Source of the DNA: Azolla caroliniana
Lineage: Eukaryota; Plantae; Polypodiophyta
Assembly: GCA_043228905.1 (NCBI GenBank)
Contig: JBHGNT010000012.1
Span: 2,356,001-2,420,000, forward strand
DNA: 64,000 bases
Reading direction: 5' to 3'
Shown one piece after another: positions 12,570 through 25,500 of this stretch. Each line of letters opens with the position of its first letter. Position 1 is the first letter of the stretch. Both the position numbers and the translations under genes were made by a program. The notes under the pieces are model-generated. The model did no database searches. It worked only from the letters and a program-made list of their open reading frames with translations, and was not told where the DNA came from.

Positions 12570-13736
12570 GCGTATTGTGTATATTCAAGCTCTCCATTAA
12601 ACCTGTGTTTCTGTGTTCGGTTTTCTATTGCTTCTGCACGCTATTCTTTTTACATGGTATCAGAGCGCGAGGGTTGAGAACCTCTACAACCGACCTTAGC
12701 TCGAGAAGAAAACCTAACATTCGTAAAGAACAAAAAGAAATTTAAAGAAAAAGGACAGAGGCATGGCTAGCGCGCTTCCTACTGAGAAGCTTGACAAAAA
12801 CAACTACGCATCTTGGTCATACAAGATGCACCAGTACCTGCTCGGGCATGGATACTGGAGCTATGTCAACGGAGCAAATGACACAACACCCGATTCGACA
12901 CACAAAGACTTCCCAACTTGGGAACAGTCGGCGAGCAGAGTTCTCTACTGCTTCGCGTCTTGTGTGGGTGAACAGCTTCTAAGCTACATTCGGGATGCGA
13001 AAACGCTGAAAAATGCTTGGGGAAGTCTAAAGAAGATTTTCGCCGCAAGCACCACAGCCAGAAAGCTCCAACTCCGACAGGAGTTGAGCAACTTGCGACA
13101 ACGCGATTTGTCGGTGGCTAATTACACCTCGAAGATCAAAGATATATGCGACTCCCTAGCCTCCATCAATGTGAACGTCGAGGAAGGCGAAATGGTGCAG
13201 AGTTGTCTCGAGGGACTGGCGTCGAAGTTCGGAGCATTCCGAACTCACACGGGAGAATACGTCGTCGTTTTTCGACCTACAGTCGATGCTCGGGTGCGTC
13301 GACGAGTATGCACGCCGATAGCAAGATGTTGTACACGGAGGGAGATAGGCCCCGTGGTCGTGGCGGACGAGGCGAGTCGGTGCGCAATGAAGGCGGCCGG
13401 CGGGATCAAGGAAGGAGGCACCGAAGTGATGCCGACAGTAATTCCGGACCCTCCGGAAACAGGGGGAGTTGAGGCAATGAGAACTGACAAGGGAAATACG
13501 TCGCGGAATGTTGGTACTGTGGCAAGAAAGGCCACAAGGAGAGCGACTGCTTGAAGAAGCACGCCAATTCGGAGAGGACCGAATCCGGATCAGGTTCCGG
13601 ACAAATCGACAAGGGTAATCGGCAACGATCATAGTACACCGAAGGATCCAGAAAAGCCGAAAAAGGGCCAACCTTCGTGATGAGACACAAAGCGAACTCG
13701 ATGAAGAAGTCCACCCCGAAATCGGACGAGGTGTGG
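12182..13736 (+). mobile_element. Ty1/copia element C, 5' LTR plus gag, truncated at the start of protease
   Basis: LTR 12182-12654 (TGTTG..TTACA, (CT)n), PBS TGGTATCAGAGC 12655-12666, gag ATG 12763 (LPTEKLDKNNYASW..ARKLQLRQEL), zinc knuckle near 13505-13555, stops at ..DEVW just before the expected xVDSG. Confidence 0.9.
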
Positions 13737-16700
13737 TCGATGGCCACACGTACGTTTTTCGATCCGCTTCCGGGTGTGCCCTTTTTGGCTCGACACACCG
13801 CTCCCCGCTTGGGGTGTCCTTGGTAGCTTTCCGTGCTGCTACCCTCGAAGGATCATCCTTGCCAGTTTCGACCCATCTGGCCTTCGTTGTTCTCGTGACA
13901 CCTTGGTTGCTCGTTGCGTCTACTGCTACAACCTTCGTCCCCTTACCATCACCGTCGGTATCTTGGTCTTACGTCGGCTCCCGGTGCCGACCGCCGAAGC
14001 CTCTAGATCCGATGTGGAGGATCCTTCTTGGGCCTCCAATCCATTAGGCCACTGACTCATGCACCAAGCGTGTCTGGTCTTTCTCCTGCTGACCCTGTCG
14101 ATCGGGGTCCGATACTAGTTCGTGGCCGCATCCCCGGCCTTATACCTCCTTCCGCTCCTTTTCGGCCCTTCTGGTTGATCCCGTTCACCTGCCGCCACCG
14201 TCCTTCTCTCTAGGTCTCACGCCGGCTTTCAGGCCGACCGCTGGAGTCTCCGGATTGGTATGAGGATCGTCGTAGGATCGCCCATCCGCACTTCTACGTC
14301 GTATCTTGGGATCCCATTCACCTGCCGCCACCATCCATCTCTCTAGGTCTCACGCCGGCTCTGGGGCCGACCGCCGGTGTTACGAGCATGACCATATAAT
14401 ATCCCGTGGTGAGAATTTACCGTAGTATTCTATACACGTGGATAAGTGTGAGGGTTAAACGAGAGTGTAAAGAAGGGGAGCATTACTTTTAAATCCTCGG
14501 GATTGAGACAACCCATTAGGCCAACTGTGAACATAGCTGGGGGCCTTAGGTATCGCTATAAATAGAGGCCTAGCTACCCTCATTTCATTATCTTGTTGAC
14601 TACGTCGAGACTATGTCTTGTGGTGGGTCAACTCTTGTAGCGAGCGCGCCAGCACCAGGTACGACGCGACGCCACGGTGGTGGTATGGGACGCCGATCGA
14701 GGCTCGAGTCCGTCTCGATCCCTTCGCTCGAGGGTGGTCGGGTGGATCGACACCCTTCTTTCTCTCTCTCCTTTCTTTCTATCTACCTAGATCTATCCTT
14801 ATCTAATGCTTACTTTAGTACATGTCTCTAATAGTCGGAGTCTCCGGATCGCCGTAGGACCGCCCCATTGCTACCTTTGCCCTCGGCCCCTCACCGCCAC
14901 CGTTAGTCTGTTGGTCTTACGTCAGCTCCACTGCCGACTGCCGAAGTCTTTAGATCCGGTGTGAAGGATCCTCCTTGGGCCTCTCGTCTTTCCGACCCTA
15001 TCCTGGGTTTTCCTTCTCCACAAGTTGAGAGGGTGGCTCCCTCCACACCCTCTCCCGTGGTACCGATGTACCGTGTTCCAGCCTCCCCGTAGGCCTGCCT
15101 CTTCCTCCCTTCCAGATCGGTTATCTGGAAGTCCGCTCCGCCCGGTTCTCTTCCAAGTCCGTCCGTCATTCTCTGTATTGCCGGGTCTCATTCTCCTGCT
15201 GCCACCGTCAGTATCTTGGTCTTACGTTGGATCCGATGTCGACTGCCGAAGTCTCTAGCCCGATGTGAGGTGACCCATAGGACCGGACTTCGTTCCTCCG
15301 CTGCCTTTGTTCTTCTCTTGAACTCGTCGTTGGCCTCCTTGTTGTGCTCCCACCTCCATCTTCCTTCTCTCTAGGTCTCACATCGGCTATCGGGTCGGCT
15401 GCCGAAGTCTCCAGAGGAGATGTGGAGATATTGATTTCGTAACGACACCCGACGACTCATCTGAGGTCACCGACCCTTTTAGTGGTGTCGGTGGAAAGCA
15501 TCCGCTCTATGATCGACCAAGCCCCGCCTGGGTTTGATTCTCCAATGCCCGGAGTTTCGGCTCTGATGCCGATCTTGCCAGACTCGATCCGTACTCTCGA
15601 TCATCTTCTTCTCGATTCCTGTCCTTCGCCTTGGTCGATCTTTCTCCCCATGTAAAAGAGGGTGGCTCGTTCTGCACCCTCTTCCGTATCGGCACCCTCA
15701 TACCGAACCCTGCCCCTGTCAAACAATCCACATCCAGATCGTGCTCCATCCGAATCGAAATGCCGACCAGTTCGGTCCCCGGTAGGGTCGACTTCCGATT
15801 CCACTCCCTTCGGCGTTGGATCTCATTTCCTCTTTCTCTGCCACAGCTCCATCCTCGACCTCCTCGTAGGCCGTTTCCCATCCATCTTCGTTGGCATCGT
15901 GCCAGGACTCCTCGTTGGCGCTTTCCATATCTCCGGTTTTATGTCGGCACACGGGCTCGACTGTCAGAGTCTCCGGAATCGCTCTTCTCCGCTCCCAACC
16001 TCCTCCTCAGCTGGTCTTTCTCCGCAAGTCGAGAGGGCATCTCGCTCCACACCCTCTCCCGTGGTACCCTCGTACCATTCTTCGGCCTTTACCCAGGCCA
16101 TGTCCGCCTTGTTCGGAAGGCCGACTAGCTCCGAGTTTTTGGAATCCGTCTGCGTGTTGGATCTCTCTTCTTCTTCAACCATCGCCGTCAGATCCTCATA
16201 CGCTTGCCGGACCAGGGCTTTGACATCGAGCTTCGTCGATCCTTCTTGTTGCGTGCCCACCTCCTACCATGATGATGCGTTGTCACACATTATCTTCCTT
16301 TTTCCTTTCGCGGACCACTCCACATCCAACAGTCAGCATACTCGTTCGACTTCCGACCAGTCCTCGGTAAGGCCATTCGCTTCGTCGTCATCTTCGAGCT
16401 CAAATCCGATGGCCTCCCGTTCCGCTCGGTCGATCGACCTAACAAACAACGGGATTTTGTCCACCCCCACCAGATTTTGTTCCCGCTCCGGAAGCCGAGC
16501 AAGCCGCCGCTCAAACTCTAGGAACGCCTTCATTGCTCCCCGATGGGTCTTCGCCAACGCAACCCACTGGCGAAGTCGCGTCATCCCCGACTCTTCGGCC
16601 ATCCTCTATATGCCTGCAAGAGCGCCTCTTCGAAGACCTCCCACGAACTATGAGCTTCTCGGAGCTCCTTTACTTCTGCGTACATACGGACGGCGACGAC

Positions 16701-17128
16701 CCGACAGAAGAACTCTAGCCTCAACGCCTCATCTACGCCTCGCACCTCCATTTCCGCGTTGTAGGCTTCCAAGTAGGATGGGACTTTGTCCCCGTTGAAA
16801 CAGCCGACTCTTTCAGCCACTCGCTCAATAGCTCGTTGCGTTGCTTCTCGCCTCATCACCACTCGTCCGAACTCCAACACCACTTCGGCCACCATCTCCG
16901 CGAAGTCATCGTCTTCCGGCTCCATCCTCCCTTGCTGCCCTTCATGTCGGGTTCACCAAAGATGTCGTGGTAATACACGAGTACATGTCGAAAGGGGCGG
17001 AACCACGGGGGTCTCGGACGAGGAAGAGATGGATGTCGGGAAGCTGACTCTCTCCGGTCCTGGCTGCAACAGTTGTGGCGCAAACCAGAGCGATTCCGGA
17101 CACGTACCAGAGGCTACTGAACAAGAGA

Positions 17129-17168
<40 letters not shown>

Positions 17169-17242
17169 ACGCGCCCAACACTGACTCAACACACGCCTCT
17201 TATGTACATGAAGCGAAAGGGAAGAAACGCACCCGACACCCT
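13737..17242 (-). mobile_element. GC-rich LTR retroelement D (gypsy-type gag, no pol seen), tRNA-Trp PBS, both ends truncated
   Basis: LTR end ..CA at 16963 (LTR remnant 16963-17242 with (GA)n); plus-strand 16941-16958 TTCATGTCGGGTTCACCA matches the plant tRNA-Trp 3' end (TTCACGTCGGGTTCACCA, recalled) at 17/18; gag-like ORFs 16581-16925 and 16333-16602; downstream region built from internal 50-80 bp repeats. Confidence 0.75.
14378..14833 (+). mobile_element. Solo LTR of the chromovirus family inserted in element D
   Basis: Homologous over its full length to LTR 3943-4399; flanked by GCCGG (14373-14377) and GTCGG (14834-14838); it splits a repeat unit seen intact near 14231. Confidence 0.93.
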
Positions 17243-17836
17243 CTCAATGTTAAAACAAAAAATCTACGTACTAAAATAATACGAGAATTTAAAATTAAAT
17301 GGATGGATAAATCTATCAAAGATGCCACATGGGAACACAAAAATACTCTTAGAACTTCCCTAATTTTCCATTGCAAGAGCGCAATGTTTTAAAGAGGGGG
17401 AGTATGTTACGGGCATGACCATATAATATCTCGTGGTGAGAATTTACCACGTGGATAAGAGTGAGGGTTAAACGAGAGTGTAAAGAAGGGGAGGATTACT
17501 TTTAATCCTCGGGATTGAGACAACCCTTTAGGCCAAGTGTGAACTTGCTTGGGGGCCTTGGGTATCGCTATAAATATGAGGCCTAGCTACCCTCATTTCA
17601 TCATCTTTTGACTACGTCGAGACTCTGACGTTGTGGTGGGTCAACTCTTGTAGCAAGCGCGCCAGCACCAGGTATGCCTTGACGCCACGGCGGTGGTATG
17701 GGACGTCAATCGAGGCTCGAGTCCGTCTCGATCCCTTTGTTCGGGGGTGGTCGGGTGGATCAGCACCCTTCTTTCTCTCTCTCCTTTCTTATATTTTATC
17801 CTTATCATATGCTTACGTTAGACCATAACTCTAACG
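17243..17836 (+). mobile_element. 3' remnant (chromodomain, PPT, LTR 17405-17836) of another copy of the chromovirus
   Basis: 17243-17400 parallels 10258-10420 (KTKNLRTKIIREFKIKW..DATWE); PPT AAAGAGGGGG; LTR homologous with a short internal deletion. Confidence 0.92.
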
Positions 17837-18331
17837 GTTATACTCATCGATCGAAAATAATGAGTCGTCGAATAATGCAATAGGTTCAACAGAAAAGAAT
17901 GACATTTTAGATCAAATCTAAAGGCCCTAGGTCTGGTCACACCATTGTTACCAAATTTAACACTCAAGCTCGAAATTTTGTTGCAAATTGAGGTAGCAAG
18001 AATAAAATAGTTGAGCAATGTCGATATTATTAAAGAGTTAGGCAATCAATTGCATAAGACATAGAAAGCTAAATGTTAGGCAAAAACACCTCAAATGTCA
18101 ATTTCTTAAAACACATTATTATTATTATTATTTTCTTAAAATAAATAATTTTTTTACATAACTATAAAAGGAAAGGTCTTGGCCTATTTGTCATTATCAC
18201 ATTTAAGGAGATCGAGAGCACAAGAGCACTTACGACCAAGCACTCGAGTTTTCTCGCATTTCAAGCACACCTACTCAAATCAGCAAACATGAACAAGGGA
18301 GAGAAAATTGTCAGGTAGGCATATTCTGACT

Positions 18332-18451
18332 TTCAATGCAGTGCATTGGATTCTGGTTGAAAGAGGTGCACCTTCAACGGGAATCTGATGCACTACATCG
18401 AATTGTGGTTGAAAGTATGGATTCAACCAGAATCCGATGCAATGCATCGAA
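18332..18451. repeat. 30-bp inverted repeat with a third internal copy
   Basis: 18332-18361 versus reverse complement of 18422-18451 match 27/30; a degenerate copy lies at 18373-18402. Confidence 0.75.
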
Positions 18452-20329
18452 TAACCGAACCCCCCCCCCCTCCCCCCACCTTTCTAACCCTAAATCCCCA
18501 AAAGAGACGAGAGCAACAATAGTCACCAGCCCTCCCCTTTTATAACTTCAAGGGGTGGGGGTCATTATTACAATGCGGCGGTTAAGAAATTCCCGTCTTG
18601 TTAAAGAGGGATCTCTGCCACAATTCCCTCTTTGATTACCTCACTTACCGATCACCATTCTCTCTATGTATGGCCTAAAGTACCATGTATAACTCACTTT
18701 CCATGGATTTTCTCGCCATTGCCGGAAATCTTCACGACAACGTAAAAGAGGTAGTGTTATTTTTACCCCATAAAGTAGATTCAAAAGGCTATAAATGAGG
18801 AAGAGAGCTCATTATCGAGTTTGTTGGGGAGTTGAAGCACCCAAGCTTCCACATGAATTCAAATCATGAGGTAGGGATGTCACATAAATAAATGCGTGTG
18901 TACTGCTCAAGCAGGACCACTAGGAACTTGAACCAAAGAAGATGGCTTTGTCGAGGAAGTATTGCAAGCGATGGTAATTTGATGACCTCTCTCCCTACAA
19001 ATTTACACATTATTTTTCACTTCATGGTTAGAGTTTTGCGCCCGAAAAATTCGTCACGATCTTGCTCATTCAAGATCATCGTAAACATAGTTTAGAAAAT
19101 ATCCAACTTCATCATAGTCAAAATAATGAAGGGGTTATAAATCCTGCAGATATATCAAATTCAAGAAAAGAGGAAAACCCCCAAGATTAATAATATCCAA
19201 ATTTACATCAAATAACCCTTTTTCATATGATGAATATGATCAAGATGAAGAAAATATTGGAGCAATATCTTTAAGTTTCCACATGGCGTCTACGACCAAC
19301 GGCCACATCGCCTCTTATTGTCGTAGAAAATGAGCTCTTTTGCTCAATTTACAACAATTTGGAGCTCCTCTACCAAATAGGGAAAATGATGCCTCATTTA
19401 GTGTGCACCACAACATTTTCTTTTAGCATGCACCTATCCTTATCTTAGTGTGAGCACTTGGTGCTAGAAAAATGTTTGTCACCATTTCTTTATCCACTCC
19501 AATGTTATGACTTTCGCATTGTAAGTTGTAACACACATTTCCCTTTGTTGCCCCTAGCTTGATTTGAATCCTTAACCTTAAAATTCAAGTAGATAATTGT
19601 TACCATTTAAGCTACCTTCAATTATTGGATTGAGTTTCACCTTCTTACTATTTGCTAATGAAAACCCCCAAGTTGTTAGTTTATCCCCACATGTATTCTT
19701 AGAGTGCACGTCTATAATAATACCTCAAATGAAGAGTGGTTATTATGCAACCCAACCTTATGTGTCGATGAGGAGTCAATTTGATAAGTTGAACAAAATG
19801 TACTTGGGAAAGAGGGAGTAGGGTAATGGATTTGATTAGCCATGTCATCTAGAAGAACATTCTCTGGTGGTCGATTAAGATGTACATAGTCTTGAAGTAT
19901 TTACCATTGGCTTTAAAATAAGTAATATCTAGCACTAGTTTGTATCTAGGGAGGTAAGTCATATTAAATGACAAGTAGGTTGACAAAAAGGAATATCCCC
20001 ACTACTATCAACTTACTTGCACATGTAATGTGAAATTAAGGCCAAACAAAAATATAAGTAACCATCATCTTTCCCTTTCACTAGGTTGTTATGACCTATT
20101 ATTTGTGTCTGAACTATTCTATAGTAGGCTAGTCCAGATCCTATCTAAGCTCTAAGGTGTGAGCGCACATGAGGGCTACCAATGTAAGTTACTCTCATAT
20201 GTAATACAAAGTTTGTATTAATACATATACATCTCTATGAGCGTAACTCTATATGCCTATCTAGTGAATTCTCAAATTTTACTTATTAAGGCCGACCTCT
20301 TTACAATTGACCCACAAAATTGTTCTACC

Positions 20330-21050
20330 ATGGCATCTCAGTTGAGATATTAATCTAGATTAGTACTATACGAGTAGTTGTTGTCTAGTGCCACATACAC
20401 ACCCAGTATCAATGGTCTTGTGCATCAATTTTACAATTGCTCCATTGCACATTCACTCGCCTCTAGTATATGAAGGAAAGCTAGATGGCACCAACTACAC
20501 TCTATGGAAGTTCAAAATGTCTGCCCTTTTAGATTCATGTGGGAAATAATCATGGGCCCATGGGAAGAGACCCTAAGCCCATGGTAACCTTTCGAGCATG
20601 CACATCAATCCCTCCAACGGTTGACTTGAAGTTTGGAAGAGAATGAATGTCGATGCACTTTGTACCATAGTCACTAGTGTATGTGACTCTATACTAACAT
20701 TAGTGAAACATTGACTAAGGCAAATGAACCTAGAGTACTAACTAGCGAATGTGAGATGAGGAATTATACAAGGATACAAAACCTCACAATTCACCTTGTT
20801 GAAAAGAAGATTGTTGATGGAGAGAAAGTAGAATTCTTGTAACAAGGATTAAGGATCATCAAGATCAACTGGTTGCCATTGCCTTCTTTCTAGAAGATGT
20901 GACACATCAATGTATTCAAGTACTTCTTCCAAGTATGACTACATTATAACAACATTGAACAATTAAGGCTTGTCCCATTCCTTTGAAATTTGACGATCTC
21001 GGTGCAATGTTGCTTGAGGAGGAGTTTCAATTGGAGAGAGTGGAAGGGAA
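20330..21050 (+). mobile_element. Highly degenerate copia gag relic
   Basis: Reads LVYEGKLDGTNYTLWKFKMSALL near 20462-20532 and LKFDDLGAMLLEEE near 20982-21025; PBS-like TGGCATC at about 20331. Confidence 0.65.
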
Positions 21051-21799
21051 GAGTTTATGTGCCTGATCCATGTGTTACATAACAAAGTATTGGACTTAAC
21101 AACATTAGAACAAACTCCCAAATCCATGATAGACATCCACATGTACCAAGTATTTAAAATCTTGATATGTTCTTTTTATTTGTATTCATGATTTTTCATA
21201 TGTTAAGCATTAAAAGTAGCAATAGAAAACATGATTGAAAGTCATCTTGCATATTATAAATATGCAATATTTTCTATGAACGTATTGAAAAATGAAATAT
21301 GCATTCCGTTTCCTAAGCATTTGGCACTACATCAGTCAAATATATATTTTGTTGAAGAGCATGTACGTGACGTAGTACTAGAGCTATGAACAACAAATTT
21401 GTCAAGGCAAATTTCATGATTTGCATATATGTAGCACATGTATATGTACTCATTGAGGCCATTAACTATGTGCTTATTGTGTAATACTCCATAGAATGTT
21501 TGGGGCATGGGGCAAGGCAAGGGAGATAAACATAAAGAATATTCTTTGTAAGATAAAAGAAATACTCGAGCATTCTGCAGGAGCTGGTTCTTCTCCAAAG
21601 TATACGTAATAGGTTAGCTTATATATATTTTAACATCAATAGAGTGACCTAAATGCACAAGTTTTCTTGATGTGTGTCTCCTACCTAAGAAGGGATATTC
21701 ATACTTCGAAGCACAAAGTCTCGATGTTTGATTAAGGCATACAAATATGAGATCAACCTTCTAGGTGTTCTCTTTAGTGTGACACTCAAGTCATCACCC

Positions 21800-22520
21800 C
21801 CTCTTTATATGTCATCATAGTTTTCACAAATTGCACCACTTGCAAAGCATGTAAAAAGCGAGTAATACTCATCCTCTACTAGCCCTTCCTTGCATAACTT
21901 AAATGCCTTTATATTTGGTAGATTCTGATGCCATAATGCAACTATCGTACCTAGCTTGTATGACCATGGAAGAAGGAGTGTTAGTATCGAGATAAGGTTG
22001 AATACAATCAATAGGCATTCTTACCTTATAATAAAACCAGCATTTAGGGTTAACATTTGTAATGTAAAATTCTAATGTTGTCCTTGTAGCATCTTCCCAC
22101 TTCTTCGTCTGTGGTTCCATTACCCTCTCCTTAATATTTGCATATTTCATAGCATCACTTGAAAGTTCTAAGAGATCATCCACACCCCATCTTTTGAACC
22201 ATTTTTTGATGTCAACTACCCAACAGTCTTGTTTGTTGGGTTCATAAATACTCAAGCCATCAATTGATATATACATTTCAACTATCTCTTTATTGTTTGA
22301 ACATTCTTCATAGCTTCACAAAAACATTTCTTTATTACAATATCATTGACAATTGTGTTAAGTGGATGGCAAGTCCAAATATTTTAATACAACGATGGTT
22401 TCTAAATCCAAGTTTGGTTTCCATATATCAGAGTTTTCATCTCACTCAATTATGGTGTGGATTGGTGGAACGTTCTTGGAGTGGTCAATGCCTCTAGTTC
22501 TTGGAATACAAGAGAAAGAT
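21800..22520 (-). mobile_element. LINE ORF2 C-terminal relic
   Basis: ORFs 21899-22276 and 21805-22011 give CWVVDIKKWF and KLCKEGLVEDEYYSLFTC, the decayed Cys/His knuckle typical of LINE ORF2 ends; boundaries approximate. Confidence 0.6.
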
Positions 22521-25500
22521 AGAGGCCCTATACTTCCATAACTAAGTAAAACACAAATGACTTCATGGTCAATAAACTAAGGCAAAGAATGCACATTTAG
22601 GTTTTCTTGTGATGTGCGCATATTTAATGTATCGAGTACATTATCTACCATGTCAACACACCATGTATGCTAACCCCAAGATTGGATTTAAAATGTCTTA
22701 TCATATTCAAAACAAAAAGAAAATTTCATTAGACAAACACAACTTTTCACGACATATCAAGCTAACCTCACAAACAAGTCTATAAAGTGATCAATAACAT
22801 GGTTCACTTATGACAATACTAAATCATCCATAATTTTCAAAGAATATTTTTGCACATATCTACACAAAAATCAAGAATGCACGCTTAGAATTCAATATAG
22901 GCATATGGGGATGCTGGAAAGAGATCACCGCCAAATTCGATTACAAGTATCTAGTTATCTAATAACCAACCACAATTGTACCAAGAAGTTACATTTAACA
23001 ATGTGTCTATGTATATATATAACTTTGTTTGCCTAGTTTATGTAAAAGCTTGTGTGAAATGCTCCGTATATGTACATAAAGTCATGTGGAAACTATTAAG
23101 TTTTTCTTTTTGTATGTATTTTAATTTGAGCTCCATTTGTTAATCTTAGGCTACTATATTTCTTGCATGATATAGAAACCTCCTATGAATATTTAGCTGA
23201 AAGGTAGAAAAATGATTCTACTTCCACTAAATTAGCATGAACATCTAACTATACACCATGCACAAAACATTTAAAACAATTAGCAACTCAAACAAAGAAA
23301 CCTTTGTTCATATGAAAGCCTATCTATATTTGTTGTCTTCAAATACTTCATATGGATCAAATGTAGGTGGGAAATTACAAAGACACAACTCTTAACCATT
23401 ACAAGTTCCATTAGATGGGTCACTAACTACAAGGATAATCGTGCACGTTATTATAACAAAAGTTTGTTGTTGACGGTTGAATGAACTTTGCAAACAATAA
23501 AATGACTTTGTTTTAAGTCATTGTTAGCAATGTGTACACTATTCAATAAGGTTTAAAGACAATATCATATTCTTTATGTCATTGAACATCTAAATTGCAA
23601 TATTTAGACACAGTCTTCCACCCCTTTACAAACATCCTCTAAACTAGAAAACCTTTGCTTCATCTTTCTTAACAGGAGTTTAAACATTGAACATTCACCC
23701 TATGAATCGTCATTGATGTAAAAGTCTAAATTGAATCCCCATTGACAAGATATAGATCAATGTTGATTTAGAACTCGGAGGTGTGGCCCGTTTTTCTATC
23801 TCATTATATTGTTAGATTGATTTCCAATGCTTCCCAAGTTGAAATTTTCTCCACAATTCATGTGCTCATTCTTATTTTGAAACATTACTCCATGATACTT
23901 CCAATGGAATCTAAGGGTGTCTTCCAACAACATATTAGGTGCTTTATTTATGAATGTCTGCTATTCCATCCTCAAAGTTCTTACTTTGTCAATTTTTTAT
24001 GCCCTACCTCTTGTTAGTATCTCTCAAGATTTAAGAAAAAAGTTTATCTTGTGATAAATCGCCATTAAACTTCTAGCTTGTTAACATTAAGGCCTATAGA
24101 TACAAGTGTGAAAACAATAATTCATTATATAAAACCTCCTTTTATTGTCCTTCTAGGTTCTTCAAGTTCCTTTAAATGCTAGCTTTCTACGGGATCTAGC
24201 CCCTCCAATAATAGAATAATTAGAATGACCCTCGTTCGTGATTTATACTAGTTGTATCATTGTATGTTAGGTAAGTCCTTTGGAGCTCAATGTCGATCTA
24301 ACTAAATAGCTTCATGTATCTAAATCCATATCCACAAATGGGTATTGTTAAAGCAATTAATTGAATTACACACAAGAGCTTATATGCTAAATTTTAGATT
24401 TTTTGTTTAGTCCCAAGAAAATAGAAGTTGTTAGAAGCTCCATGGCTACAAGATGGTTTTGCCACCCATAATTAGATTGAAAGCATGATTAAAGTCCCTT
24501 TTTTATAGGTAGACCCACCCTCAATTCTGTAAACAACCATTTTTATAGGTGCCTATTATAGATGAGTGTATTACCCGTCCTTGGTCCCCATCAACCCCTT
24601 TACTAATCCACATTGTACAAAGATGGAATCTTCTTTATTCATCTAGAGGGATTTGAGCTATAAGTCCTATCTAACATATACATGTCTTACTTGAAACCGT
24701 CTATTTATTTATTTATTTTCAAGTATTTACAATATGTGCGTATATTATATTCAAGATTTTGTAAGCAAGGTATATATTTGGTTTATGCACAATCTATGGC
24801 TAACTTCATTGCTATTGCAAGGCTCCCTAGAAGAAAAAAAATCATTAACAACTAGAACTATTCCACTATTGTAGGGGGACCGGGGTATTTATAAGCAATC
24901 TCTCGTTGCTAAGGGGTAGTATTTCTACTTCTTGACAACATTCAAGGATAGACTATGAAAAGGTATAGTAAAAAGGTTGAAGCAATGACAAATGTGTCTT
25001 GTAGATCGACATACTCCTTAAAGTGCACAACATTCAAAGAAGAAGTAAGGTATCACTTTGAGAAAAAGACACCAATGACCATCAAACAATTTGGTCGAAA
25101 GAGGAGGGTTATTCTATATCAAAGGCCTATATTGTCATACACCTCAAATATTAAATATCTTGTCATAATTCGTGAAGCTATAATGTGTGCGTTTGAATTT
25201 ATGCCACCTATGCTAAAGGAGGAAGCATTCATGGTGCAATATTGTTTTGAAATAATTAAATATGGAGCAACTAATTTTGTTGATATATGAGTGTGTCGGT
25301 TCTTGGTTGTTCTCAATAGCCAAGTACCAAGATGATGGTAAAGTTAAACCCATGGTCATAAATTGATATTGGCAGGATGTGCTTGATCAATTGAGATCAC
25401 AAAACTTCCATAATGAACAACAAACACTATAAGGCTTGCTAAATTTTTTATAGCATCTTCTCTGCTTGGGAGGATATGGTTCATGGCTAGACAAGATATT

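Noticed and set aside
15631-16798. Long plus-strand ORFs (378 aa and 165 aa)
   Set aside because: Ser/Pro-rich shadows of the GC-rich minus-strand gag of element D.
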